Counted from the first letter of the stretch, positions 40,660 to 54,238 are shown. The stretch is DNA of 64,000 nt from Octopus sinensis (GCF_006345805.1 NC_043000.1:91140001-91204000); one strand, 5' to 3'. Made by a program: numbers and translations. The notes: generated by a model not told the origin, from the sequence alone.

Positions 40660-40895
40660 CAGGCGCAGTCGTGGCTGTGTACTAAGAATCTTTGAGTTCC
40701 AACCTCATGGTTCCGCTTGAGGGTCTGTGTTGGTATGTTTACTTTCCCGTAACTTAGCGGAACGGCAAAAGAGCTGATAAAATAAGTTGTAGGCTTTAAA
40801 ACAAAAAAAGTATTGGGGGTCAATTTGTTCGACTAAAACCCTTCAAGCGGTGCCCAAGTATGGCTGCAGTCAAATGACTGAAACAAGTGAAAAGA
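40660..40895 (+). mobile_element. SINE family A with internal deletion
   Basis: Head joined directly to CCCGTAACTTAGCGG...GCAGTCAAATGACTGAAACAAG. Confidence 0.7.
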
Positions 40896-41293
40896 AAGGG
40901 GAAGAGAAGAAAGTCATGACGAAGGAATAGTTGTCAATCATCATCATCATCATCATTCTCGTTTTAACGTCTACTCTTCTGTGTGCATGGTTCGAAAGAT
41001 ATTTATTGAGGCAGCGATTATACGGCCGGACACTTTTCCTGTCACCAACCGTCGCCCGTTTCGCAGCGCGGTAATATTTTCCCGTGGTCATGCAAGGTCT
41101 TCACAGAATATTGGAAATGAATGATACTGTTTGAATGATAGTGGCACTCATATACAATAATCATGTGTTGTCAAGACAAGGAGACATATACTATCACAGA
41201 CTCTCTCCCTCTCATACATACATACACACACACACAACACATATATATACACACGTATGTATATATATATATATATATATATATACGTATATG

Positions 41294-41363
<70 letters not shown>

Positions 41364-41376
41364 TGTGTGTGTGTGT

Positions 41377-41429
<53 letters not shown>

Positions 41430-41464
41430 ATATGTGTGTACTTATACACACACACGCAATCTCA

Positions 41465-42185
41465 TATATATACAGGCTTCTTTCTGTTTCCATTAACCGA
41501 ATCTACCCATGGAGCTTTGATTGACTTGAAGCTATGACAGAAGATACTCGTCTCTATTGCAACGCAGTGAGACTGAACCTGAAATGATATGGTTGTGAAG
41601 CTAACTTCTTAAACATCCAGCCATGAGTGCGTATATATTTTAATTTTCTTCAAAGTAACAACTATAAAATTATTGTGTTTTTGTTATGCTTTATTGAAAT
41701 GAAAAAGAAATAAATGTCCATTATTTCCTTATTCTTAATGCATTTTACACAACGATAAATCTTTATATATTCATAGACGCAGCTAGAGTTTTATGTTTAA
41801 ATGGTTTGCTTTGCAATCACGCGGCGTCGGGCTTAATCCTGCTACCGCGTGATAATTGAGTGACGTTTATTACAGCCCTGGGTCAAACAATGCGTTCTTA
41901 GTAAATTTGGTTGACGGAAAATGTGTGGAAGCCTGCCCTGTGTATATTTATATTTGCACACACACACACGCTCACACATATATATGTGTGTCGCAGTTTT
42001 TCTGACTGTATTTGTTCTCCCACCTCTTGACAACCATTTTTGATTTCTTTACATCCCCATTACTTAGCGGTTCGGCTAAAGATATCGATCGAATAAGAAC
42101 TAGACGTCAAATGGAGCACAGGGATCGATTTGTTCGACTAAATCCCTTCACGGCGGTGTCCCATTATCTTTGCAGTTCAGTGACA
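41465..42185. mobile_element. Degenerate SINE family A copies (41465-41632 minus; about 41790-42185 plus)
   Basis: CAGGCTTCTTTCTGTTTCC...GCAGTGAGACTGAACC and CCCCATTACTTAGCGGTTCGGC...GGATCGATTTGTTCGACT. Confidence 0.6.
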
Positions 42186-42874
42186 TGTATATACACATAT
42201 GTATGCATGCATGCACGCACGCACGCACGAATGCATGTGTGTATATAGGTATGTATGTTTGTAGGTATGCACATGAGTTTATACTAAACCTGGCACGTTA
42301 AATAGTCGCAAAGAAGTTTTTTCTAAATATGTCCACTCCAAGAGCTGCCTACTTGAAAGTTTCATATCCTTGTTTACTGGTTAAGCTTTGTCGTGTGTAT
42401 AAGGGCTGATTTATTCTCTGCTTCAAGAGGGACAACCCGTCCTCATTAACATTTCTATATATCAAAGCTTAAACCTCGATTTCTGAGCTTTTACTCACAT
42501 CTGCGATAGAGAAAGCTTAAATTTTTTGTCTTTGTATCGAGTCTGACGCGTTGTCCACAAAGTTCAAGCTTTGTGGTTACGAAACCTTTTATTACTTTAT
42601 GTCCAAATTTAAATTTTTGCTGTAATAATTACTTCTCTATTCTTAAGAGTGTGATCCGTTTCTGATATATATTTTATCGACTACACACACACACACACAC
42701 GCGCGCGCACGTTGTTGGCGTGCCTATGTGGCAAGAAGCTCGCTTCCTAACCATTTGGTTCAGTATTCAGTCCTACTGCGTGGCAAGTGTCTTCCATTGT
42801 AGCTCGGGCCGACCAAAGACTTGTAAATGGATTTGATAGATGGAAACTGAAAGAAGTCCGTCGCATATATATAT

Positions 42875-43061
42875 CAGGTGTATTAGTTTAACGCTCAGAA
42901 AGAATGGAAAAGTCTATTACGTTTCGAGCCTACGCGCTTCGACAGAAGAGAGTAAGAGGAAAAAAGTGGAGGGAGAATAGAATAATGCAAGACACGGAGA
43001 GAGAAAAGTGTACAGAGTTCAACGGTCCAACGGTGACTGGAAAAAAGAGGCTGAATGAAAG

Positions 43062-43063
<2 letters not shown>
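42875..43063 (-). mobile_element. Repeat with degenerate minimal hammerhead-like motif (possible Penelope pLTR fragment)
   Basis: Minus strand CTGTCGA-A-GCGC-GTAG-GCTC-GAAAC-GTA...GAGCGTTAAACTAATAC; related to 34820-34920. Confidence 0.5.
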
Positions 43064-43122
<59 letters not shown>

Positions 43123-43125
<3 letters not shown>

Positions 43126-43688
43126 GCCCTGATGCAGTACCGGGTACCGGGCAGTGGCTCTCATGGCTTCTGATCTTAACTGATTGGAAGTGTTATCATG
43201 TACATTGTTTTGTCTTGGTATAAAAGATGGGCTTCAGCAACTATTCTGCTCAATACTACAGATTTGCTAGTCACTTGTTTGACCTTAACCAGTTGAGCAT
43301 GTCCCTTAGTGGCTGACGATATGTGCATCTCTGATCACGAGCAGAAGTAGTGGGGGAGCATCATAGCCATGTGTTGAGAGGGATTCTTTGGGGTTTGAAT
43401 AATTCACCTCTGGAAACATGGGTGGTTCTTTCAATATCCTTAAACAACCCTAATTCAGGGACCTTTTGAGTTGGATGGGCTACTCAACCTGAAGAAAATT
43501 CTAACTGGGCCCCCCACCTGCAAGGTCATGTGCTGTTTATCTTGATATGAGATCACCATGTCGCGCACATATAGTTGTGATGCATGTGCCTGGTGTACCG
43601 TTATCAGACGGGTAGTCATGATGGGTATATTGGGCTTCGTATATTTTACCCCAGTGTCACTTTGATGGCATGAACTGCTCTCTCACTC
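43123..43688 (+). mobile_element. Family C (TAA)n-embedded non-coding element, full length (~566 bp)
   Basis: AAATGCCCTGATGCAGTACC ... CTGCTCTCTCACTC, with (TAA)n at 43064-43122 and 43689-43735. Confidence 0.9.
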
Positions 43689-44986
43689 AATAATAATAAT
43701 AATAATGATGATAAGAATAATAATAATAACGGTAACGATGACCCCAAAGAACTAAGGTGGGCAGGTGCGTGTGTGTATGTGAAAACGGTGTATGAAGGTG
43801 TGCATGTGAATGGGAGCGAGTGTGTGTGAGTTTGTGCATGTGTGCTTATGGACGTATAGATATGTATATGGGTACGGACGTATGTGTGTGTGTATTTATA
43901 TATATATGCATATATATCTATATATTGGCCTGCTCGCTTAGCCAGCGAGATGGCGTCATTCGAAGGCTAAAACAATGCGAACGCATTGTGACCAGCGATG
44001 TGTAACAACATCTGATGGTCTGGTCGGTCACGTAATCACGTGATATATATATATGTGTGTGTGTGTATGTGTGTGTGTGTGCGTGTGTGTGTGTGCGTGT
44101 GTGTGTGTGTGTGTCTTTGTCTGTTTTTGTTCCCCACTACAGCTTGACAACCGGTGTCGGTTTGTTTAGGTCCCCGTTACTTAGTTGTTCGGCAAAAAGA
44201 AACCGAGGGAATAAGAACCAGACTTAAAAATGTACCGGGGGTCAATTCATTCTGCTAAATGTACTTCAAGGTAGTGCCCCAGCATTGCCGCAGTCTAATG
44301 ACTGAAGCATAAAAGTTATATGTGTGTTTGTGTGTTTTTAGCCTTTTGTCAATAGTATTTCATGATTAGATACTTATGAGGATTTAGCTGTAAAGGTAAA
44401 ATGTTGGACCTCTAACCACAAGTGTTTTTAAATTCTGCTACTTCTCAAAATACCAATAGACATCGTTTAATGTTTGATGATGTGTGCAGCAAACATCAGC
44501 ATGTTTTAATTAGTTGTAATGAAATTTTGACAGTGACATAACCCAAAAGAGAGTGTGGCAACCCAATTAATTTACTAATTAAATTTCTGAGTTCAGAACA
44601 ACTATGTCCTTTGGGAAAAGGACATAATTACCACAAAGCTATAGTCCAAAAGAAGAACCTGCTCTACTTTACATTTGTATGTCAATATTAATAGTAAATA
44701 TATACCGTACCATACTGGGGTACAATTAAATAGTATTCATAGAGCAGTTTCTATATTAATAGAAGTGTTTCAGTGTCTTTTAACTGTGACTTCGAATTCT
44801 ATGTATACCTCCCAAATCACTCGCAAATTACCTACTGCACTCTTTAAGAACACATCGTTTATTGCAGTCCTATATACAATATGTCTTAAAATAAACAAGA
44901 TTCAAATGTGATTTATGACTGGCCTGAAGAGTATAAAGGAACATTTTTTTTCCAGCTTTCTTCAATCTTTTTGTCTATACAGTAAC

Positions 44987-45195
44987 TATTTCTTTACTAC
45001 CCACAAAGGGCTAAACACAGAGGGGACAAACAAGGACAAACAAACGGATTAAATCGATTACATCGACCCCAGTGCGTAACTGGTACATAATATATCAACC
45101 CCGAAAGGATGAAAGGCAAAGTCGACCTCGGCGGAATTTGAACTCAGAACGTAGCATTTCGCCCGACGTGCTAGCGTTTCTGCCAGCTCGCCGCC
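44987..45195 (-). mobile_element. SINE family B with 13-bp target-site duplication
   Basis: TGTCTATACAGTA at 44972-44984 and 45197-45209. Confidence 0.9.
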
Positions 45196-45544
45196 CTGTC
45201 TATACAGTACTGTTCTCAATGAGCTTATAAGAATTCCGTGGATTCAACAATATTACTACACATAACGAAATCGTTAGTGGTTCAGACGCAATTACGTAGT
45301 ATTTAGTGCCACAGTTTATGAACCGAGTTCGCATCTTGTTCGGATCGATGTTGACATTCATTAGTTAGCATCTTGAAAATATAAAACATTTCGTTTTAGA
45401 TGTTACTTTAATTCGTATTTATTTTTTGTAGTCCTACAGTGGATATTTTATGATATTTTTCTAGTTGTATAATGCCTCCACCTCGTTGAAGGATAAAAAA
45501 AAGATAAATACATTTACCGAGTAATACAGACTCATAAAGCTGAC

Positions 45545-45750
45545 TTCCAGGTTTCCGTGGTATAGCTATCCCCAACTTGATGGGACTTTGGTCCGTGACA
45601 GGATTACTCATTTTTGCCAGCTGAATGGACTGGAATAACATGAAATGAAGTGTTCTCCACAAGGACACAGAGCGTCGCCCAGTCCAGAAATCAAAACCAC
45701 AAACTTACGATTATGAGTCTAACACCCTAACCACTAAACCACGTTCCTCC
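45545..45750 (-). mobile_element. tRNA-headed SINE with CORE-like segment
   Basis: CATTTTTGCCAGCTGAATGGACTGG...CAAGGACAC...CCCTAACCACTAAACCAC, homologous to 8340-8487. Confidence 0.65.
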
Positions 45751-45837
45751 ACCTACCTTCTTATTCATGGTAAATATTATCTTTCCCTGTCAGGTTTTCG
45801 GTGGAATATACTAAATACATTCAACATATTTCTTGGG

Positions 45838-46050
45838 TAAAGCGCCAAGCTGGCAGAATCGTTACTGGAACGAAATGCTTAGCAGCATTTCGTCCCGCTC
45901 TACGTTCTGAGGTCAGATTCCATCGAGGTTGACTTTGCCTTTCGTCCTTTCGGGGTCGATAAAATAAGCGCTAGTTGAACACTGGGGTCGATGTAATCGA
46001 CTTACCCCAACCACCTAAATTGCAGGCCTTGTGCCAAAATTTGAAATCAA
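45838..46050 (+). mobile_element. SINE family B
   Basis: GCCAAGCTGGCAGAATCG...GACTTTGCCTTTCGTCCTTTCGGGGTCGAT...GGCCTTGTGCCAAAATTTGAAATC. Confidence 0.8.
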
Positions 46051-46721
46051 TATATTTTTTGAGTAGTTTAATCATAGCAAATCAGAACCCAGGTGAAAAT
46101 AATATCATAATTGGAAAAAAACAAACGAACAAACAACAACAACAACAACAATATTTTTCCAGAAGACAATATGTAACTATATGGAGGTGCATATCTTAGT
46201 GGTTTCGATTCTGAGACTGGGCAGTGCGTGTGTTCTTGAGAAAAATACATCATTTCACGTAGCTCCATTCTACTAAGCTGTAGATTAGCTCCAGCGATAG
46301 CTGGGGAAGTTAACAGTACGACGGAGCAATGTCCCTTTCAAGGATGAAGTGTTATAATCTCAGTCACTTATTCTCCAATGGAAACCGATTTAATTTTCGG
46401 CCTTTGTGAGTCCTAAGACTCATGACAAACCTAACTCTCATGTCTAAATCCCATGCCACTGGGGGAAAAAGGATGAGACCGAAAATGGCGTTGGTTGGTT
46501 TTTATAAGACTCCTAATACTGCCGTCCATTCTTGAAATTTGGAAATCTAAACGTTAGTACGAATAGCAAACAAATAGCCCGTTCTGTTTTATCGACTACA
46601 ATTTTGTCTTTCGGTAGCAACCGCTATTTTGTGTTTGCTTCCCCCTAGAAAGTATGAAAAATGGCTGATATTTCCTTGAAACATTGCTTTTGTTACATTT
46701 ATTCAAACTTCAAAGAATCAC

Positions 46722-46875
46722 TGTCAACACATGGCTACGATGCCCCCTCACTACTCCTGCTTATGATCAAGGATGTATATACTATCAGCCACTAAGGGGC
46801 ATGCTCAAGCAAATTAAGGGGCATTGTGATCAAGCAAATGACAAGAGAATCTGTGGTATTGAGCAATTTGCTATA
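46722..46875 (-). mobile_element. Diverged family C-related segment
   Basis: CAACACATGGCTACGATGCC...CAGCCACTAAGGGGCATGCTCAA...AATCTGTGGTATTGAGCA aligns with 17553-17695. Confidence 0.7.
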
Positions 46876-46944
46876 ACGATATATCTATTTCAGCAACCCA
46901 GCGTTGAATCTGTCTGAAATGTAATGGAAAATAGGTTAATTTCA

Positions 46945-47225
46945 AACAGATCAGGCGCTAGAGCATAACAAGCTGGATCTATTGGTGGTGGACAAGGTGC
47001 ATCACATGTGCTATATAGTTGATGTTGCACACCCATTGACCCACAGATATCGATAATGGAGGTGAATATAGTGCCAATTATTGTGGGGTCCTTCAGACAG
47101 TATATGATGGTATCAAGAGGAATATAAAGGAAATCAGAATAGAGTGTCCAGTAAAACTATTACAAATGTTTTGCCTTCTTGGTACGGTCAGAATAATCAG
47201 GAAATTATCAGATAAAAGGCTACAA
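46945..47225 (+). mobile_element. Degenerate, internally deleted R4/Dong-type RLE C-terminus
   Basis: TDQALEHNKLDLLVVDKVHHMCYIVDVAHP...VNIVPIIVGS...LLQMFCLLGTVRIIRKL. Confidence 0.75.
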
Positions 47226-47399
47226 AACTTTTGAGGACAATACAAAGAATAAGGGGTTACATAAAAACCGTGTAAACAATTACAACAAAAACCTGTAGCA
47301 AAATTCCCTAATAGATGGAAAATTCCACCAAGGGGTAAATAAGAAACATTACAAATCTTGAGCCACTATACTCTGCAGGAGTAAGTAACATGGCAGTTG

Positions 47400-47920
47400 C
47401 TTCTCTCTCTTTCGTACTCCCGAGCCTAAACGCATCAGCTTAGGACAAGCCCACTCGCTCGGGCCATCCAGGCTATATTTACTTACCTTTCAACAAATCT
47501 ACTGAGGAGGGGAGCAGTCCATCACACTCAACCTCAATCTGCTTTTCAAATGGAATTTAAAAACATTGATGAATGGCTTGACTGAAAAGAGTAGTGTCTA
47601 TCTTCAGTCCTTCCATGCTCGTCCACTACACAAACTCTTTCGCCATAAATACTAAACAGAGGAAAAGTACCTACCATTTCCTCTAAAAGGAAGGTGGCAT
47701 GTGATCTTCACGGTGAAATCGGCCGATAGCTAGACCCGTCGTACACGTGATAGCAGTTGTTTGATATGACTCCATAAGTCAACAATGCTCGATTCCTGCA
47801 CACGCGGGCGCAAGACTGTTTCATCGCTTTGCGGACCTTTCAGGCAGGCGCAGCTCTCAGCACTGCCATACCTGTAGAGTTTAATTATAGTAATGCAACA
47901 AGGGTCACAAAAGCACATTC
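47400..47920 (-). mobile_element. Probable Tx1/L1-clade ORF2 C-terminal remnant
   Basis: Minus strand YRYGSAESCACLKGPQSDETVL...DLWSHIKQLLSRV (degenerate C..C..ETxxH..C...W knuckle), then FLCLVFMAKEFV*WT...FKFHLK; many stops and frameshifts. Confidence 0.5.
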
Positions 47921-49132
47921 AGGAAAAAACTAAGTCAAAGAACAGGTGGAGGATGTGCATAAATACGTATAAACAACAAAAGCAGCAACAATTAGCAAGG
48001 GACTTACAACAAGATATCCCAATTGGATGGGGCACTACGTTGGTGTGACCAAGCCCCCCACCCCACTTCCAGCAGATGCTGACTCACCCTGCTGACAAAA
48101 CGTACTTTGCGAAGTGCTCCTATCTTCTCCATACTTTTCAACTTACAGGCACATGTTTAGTGTAGAACCATTCACTTGGGGAAAAAAGCAATGATTTCTT
48201 GTATTATAATAAAGATTTAAAATATAGTGATAAAAATAATACATGCTTATAATTAAATTCAGTTAGTGATCATATTTTAGTTTCAGGTCGCCAGATCTGA
48301 ATAAATCCACATTCTTGGTGCAGTGTAAAATAACAGAATGGATAAAGAAAACTAAAAACAAAAATCGAAAAACCAACAACATAAAACTAAAGTGGAAATA
48401 ATTATTTTTATAATCGGCATCCATCGTTTATTTGTGACATCTTCACAGACATTAGCGTAATGACATAACGAGATTCTATAACGAGAGATTATACAGACGT
48501 GTACATATGAGTTAGATAGATAGATAGAATGGATAGATAGATGGATGGATGGATGGATGGATGGATGGATGGATGGATAGATAGATAGATAGATAGATAG
48601 ACAGATAGATAGATGGACAGACTGAGAGAATACGGAAAAGTGATAGAGACGGATGCAGTAAATAGACGTATATTCAATTGTGACTAATTGTGAAAGTAGA
48701 AACTGAGAATATGAATATCACATTACGCTGCTGGAAAATTTTATAAGGAAACAATTTTCAATTTTCTTTTCACATTTTCATCTCTCTCCTCAATCTTTTT
48801 CTCGGCTTCTCTTTGTTTTTCTCTCTCCCTCTCTCCCCCTCTCTCTATCTGTCTATCTGCTAATATACCATACTCATGTCTCCCCTCTTGTCTTTTTCTT
48901 CTGAACATATACATGTGTCAACATCTCTCTCTCTCTCTCTTTCTCTTAGTTTCCCTCATGACGATCAATACTTTCATTCACCCTCTATCTCCCTCTTTCT
49001 CTCCTTCCCATTCTTTCTCGACCCTACGACACACTTTATATAAATGTGTGCAAGGGTATAAGAGTGTGAGTAAGTGTGCGATATGTGTTTGTGCATGGTT
49101 CAGTATATACAAACATATATACATATGTAAGC

Positions 49133-49216
<84 letters not shown>

Positions 49217-49244
49217 CTCTATCTCTCTCTCTCTCTATCTATCT

Positions 49245-49281
<37 letters not shown>

Positions 49282-49330
49282 GTATCTATCTATGTATCTA
49301 TCTATGTATCTATCTATGTATGTATGTATG

Positions 49331-49404
<74 letters not shown>

Positions 49405-49422
49405 GCTAGCTAGCTTTATATA

Positions 49423-49467
<45 letters not shown>

Positions 49468-50933
49468 ACATACAAACACACAAACACGCATATACACATA
49501 CATATATCTCAATCAGATTTATTCACTTCCATTATACTCTCTCTCTCTCTTTTTCTCTCACAATATCCATCCCTTTCTTTTGTTTGGAATCTTACTTCCA
49601 TATTCTTCTGCATCGGTTTCCTTTCTCTTATTTAATCTCGAAACTATGGCTATGTCTTTTTAAATTTATCCACCTCCTTTCACATCCGTTTCTTCTCTCT
49701 ATTCATCTCTTTCACTCCTTTGCTCGCTCTTTCTCTTTCTCACTCCTTCTTACTCTCATCCTCTTTTTCTGTCTTCCTCTCTCTCTACAAATTTACTGCT
49801 CTTTCCCCTCCCCGCAACCCTTTCTCGATACACCTTTCTCTTTTTCTTTCTCTTTCAATCTCTAGTTTCATTATGTAAATATTACAATTTGCATGAAACC
49901 CAACCACACTCTCATACTCAGATAACTAACAGATCTCTAACCCTTAAGCCACAGCAGCTATATATATATATATAATCCCTTTATTTCAGCTTAACGTCTT
50001 CTTCAGAAGTTTGCTCACCATTGCCGACATTGTCACATACGTACAGAGAAACACAACCTCAGATAAAGTGATACACATATTACACTAAATACCCCCCCCC
50101 CACAAAAACACAAAAACGAAACACCGAATCAAACCACAGCAACGGCCTTAATGACCTTATCTGCATGTCACCTGAATAAATTCCCAGGCTACCAAATCTC
50201 TTCGATGATTTTGGGGGAAAATTAAATAATAAAGATAACCTTCTTCCAAACCGCAAAAATAATATAAAGCTCTTTTAAAAAGAAGCTTGTATAAGTTAGA
50301 ATGGAGGACAATTTGTCGTAATTTCATTGCAAGCGAAGTTCATTAAGGTAAAAATGGTCAATTTTATATCGAGTAAAATACTAGTTAGTCGCTTGTACGA
50401 TGGAAGGTATTCAAATAAATTTCTTGAAAATGTTTTTTTCTTTTTATGATTATTTTTCTTGTAAAAGTGTTTATTTTTAACTTTCATTACTTTTTTTCTT
50501 TTAGTCGATTTTATTTTTAATTTAACATTTAGAGCGGGAAAGTCCTCAAGAAAAAATATATAAATCTAAATAATAGAAAAAAATAATAGAAAAAGTGACT
50601 AATACACATAAATATACAATCTCACCTTCAGATACAAGCATCGACACACGTACACAAACGTGCGTACATACATACATACATATACGGAAATCATTTGACT
50701 AACGAAAATAAAAGAAATAGCGTTTCTTTTTAAAAAATGTACTTCTCAAAATAAAAAAATATGATAAATATAATTATAGACGAATAATATAGGAAAGACA
50801 TATTTCTTAACATATAAAAAAATTGTAAGTAAATGACAAAATTTTGGCAAAAAAAATAGGTATTAAATTTTTAAAATTTATATATTTCTTTTTGAATTAT
50901 TTATTTCTATAGCAAATAACTCAAAGGAATTAG

Positions 50934-50981
<48 letters not shown>

Positions 50982-50985
50982 TATA

Positions 50986-51039
<54 letters not shown>

Positions 51040-52662
51040 TATATATTGTATATATATATATATGTATGGATAGATGAATATGTGTTTAGGTGTGTGTGTA
51101 TTTGTGTGTGTATGTATGCGTGTATATATTTATATATGTACAAATATATATATTCTTGTGAGATGTGGGTGTGTGCATTATATGTAATTGTATACTAATA
51201 TATGTATATATTTATCAGTGAGTGTTTATGGTGCAAGGAAGATATAGATATAGATTCTTTACATCGGCATTATACTAGTTGCAAGAGGAATTGGCCCTTT
51301 TGAAGCAAACCAAGTTTATTACTGGTATTTATTTCGTCAAATGTAATTCCTCATCTCTTAAATATAGAACTGTATTGTTTCACCATTACAAATTCAAGTT
51401 GGCTCATCTTTATGATGACATTCGATTTGCGTATATTACCAATATAAGCAAGCAAACAATGAAGTCTCATCCCAGCTTATCGCTACCTTGATTGCATTAT
51501 GAATAATATCCTTACCTTCTCACCTTTTCCTTCCCCACCCCTTAAAATTTCTATTAACTACTGATGTAAAAGCGTTAGCCAGAGTCTGCTCCTTAGTCTG
51601 AAGTGTTTCTTTTCTTCCCAGGAATGTTCTACGAACCAAAAATCGGAGTGTTTATATGTACAAAGATCACCTCTTTCTACGTTACTCTTTTCATAGGCTT
51701 TAACGAAACTCAGATGTTTGCACAATCCATCGAACAAATACATGAATTTTTCGGTAGTTGTATCGTTGAATGCATTAGTGCTACTGAACTCTCTTGAAAT
51801 AAACTCTTTGCTTTTATTTCCGGCATCAACACTCAGAAACTATCTTTAAAATTTATTTCTACTACATACGAAACTTCCATTACCTTACTCAATTTTTCTT
51901 TCATCATTGATAGCTATCAAGTTTTCATTACTATTCAGTATAGAGGTATTAACCCATGCTTGTCTTTGTTTTTCATCCTCTCAACCTACTCACAATAGAA
52001 CCATCAAACCATTCTCACAAATTGTTCGATTCCCTCAATTATGCGGTAAATGTAATAATTGAAATTCAGTAAAATGCACCATTTCTTGCTAACATGAATT
52101 TACCCTGTTGTGTTACGGAACACCGTATACTTCAGCGCCGGCACAGCATTTGCTGAACCTCTGCTCTCCCATTTCAAACTCACACCGCCATTTCTCTTCA
52201 ACAACTTTGGTAGTTATCATTTTCTTTCATCTCAATCTCTAATTGCACCTGCTTTTTCCACGGCCTCCCTCCTCTCTTTAAATGGATAAAAATTCCTGCG
52301 CGGATATAATACTCTAGCAATCTACAAACCCATCGATAATTAGATTAACTCCCATGAACAATTCTTCAGCCATCTCTGGAGTTATATTACAAATCAGCTC
52401 GACTTTTAAATATAAAGAGAGAAATCTTGAAGAAACGGGTGTTTTGTTTGCATTTACGCAACGAAAGTGCAGTATCCCACATCTCAAAAACTGGCTACCG
52501 TTCCTCTAATTCAGTGAATCTTGCCGCAACGATATCCAAATATATTTTTACGATGAGTATTGTATTTATTATTTATATTTGGCGGATATTTGTTTCGGCT
52601 GATTTCCTTGGGGAAATTTCGAAGCTGGGTTCTCATTCCTAAGGTATTTTTCGATATTATTA

Positions 52663-52711
<49 letters not shown>

Positions 52712-52745
52712 GTTATTATTATTGCTATTATTATTATTACTACTA

Positions 52746-53630
52746 TTCAAGTCACTGCCTGGAATCTTGGAGTTAGATGCCCGTGGGCAATTATGGAGTG
52801 AATTTTAGAGCTTATAAATCTAATATTTTCCTATCCTTCCTTAATATCGGTTCCCATATGCTACTCATACCGGCGCTCGGTCTGCTTAGGAGGTTGTTGT
52901 GTCCTAACATATGTGCTGCTTCTTTTTGTTTTCGTATTTTTTGTTTTCGTATGATCAGCTATACCCGATTTATCATTATCTCCTCGTGTCACAGATTTGC
53001 GATGTTTGTCTACCCTTATTTTGAGGTGCCGGCATGTTTCGCCTTTGTATAACCTACTACAGCTGCATGGGATGGAATATACGCAGTCTTTGGTCATATT
53101 CTCTTCTATTAGTGGTTTTACTCGAAGCAGATATTCGCGAAGTGTTGTATTACTCTTGAACACTGTACTGATATCATATGAGCCGCATATCTTTTGTATC
53201 TTTTCGGAGAGGCCTTTCACATAGAGTAGACAGACTGTGGACAGATTATTGGTTTCATCCCCTCTTTTCTTCACAACTGGAATGGATACTATGTTTTGGG
53301 GGTAGTTGTTACTCAATAGATTATTGCTTAGCTTGACCATTTCTTCGTGGTGGGTATCATGATCGCTACTTATATTCTTTACTCGATGTTTTAGGCACTA
53401 AGCAATCCCTCTCTTTACACTGTATGGATGGTGGGAACTGAAGTCGAGGTGTCTTCCAGTGAAGGTCGGCTTGCGGTATATGAATGTCCTGAATCCATAC
53501 TTGGTGCGTGTTATTAATACGTCCATGAATGCTAGCTGATTGTCATTTTCCTTTTCTATTGTGAACTGGTGTGGGTGGCTTTATTGAGTTCACATTGTAT
53601 TGCTGTTCCATACTGTGTTTTTTACGCAAC
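52746..53630 (-). mobile_element. Penelope-like element fragment (RT C-terminus and GIY-YIG endonuclease)
   Basis: QFTIEKENDNQLAFMDVLI...YRKPTFTGRHLDFSSHHP...K, followed in ORF 52861-53340 by YVKGLSEKI and VYSIPCSCSRLYKGETCRHLKIRVDKH...SGIADH. Confidence 0.9.
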
Positions 53631-54238
53631 AGCAAGTTGAGTGCAGCAAATCAAAATCTTTTCGCTCTAACTCAACGAAGAATGTTTTCCATTTTTTCCC
53701 GACTATTCAGAATTCAGTATCTTTGTTTATAAACACTTTTATATAAAATTATTTGTAAACTTTTGGGGAAAGCAGTACACTATCACCGACATGATATTAT
53801 TGATATCTTTGAGTAATATTAATTTGAAAACTAATAATAAAATATTTAAAATATAATTGAGCTGTAGGTCAGGTTAATCATAACCACAAGCCCGAACCGG
53901 ATCGCGGGCCATATATTTGATAATTCTGTTTTCTACCTTCCCCTGATTCTCATTCATTCAACTGACCTGGAGTTTGCTGTAAGTTTTGAACTCTTCTACC
54001 CTAAAACATAATTCCTCATACATACATTATACATAACTCATTCACATACTGCTTCCTATACAACTCACCCACTTTCACGCTGATTTTCTTTCTACTCTCT
54101 TCCTGCACCTACCATCACGATCTCACTCTTTCAGTTCTTTTGTTGTTTTTTTTTGTTTTGGCATCCACAATTTTGCATTCTAGATAAGACGTCTCTCTCT
54201 CTCTCTCCCTCCCTCTCTCTCTCTCCTCTCTCTCTCTC

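Larger units (their letters stand above)
42712..44310 (+). mobile_element. SINE family A split by ~1.2 kb of nested insertions (5' half 42712-42872, 3' half about 44045-44310)
   Basis: The head ends GGAAACTGAAAGAAGTCCGTCG(CATA)(TA)n; (TA)(TG)n and the tail resume at 44045. Confidence 0.6.
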
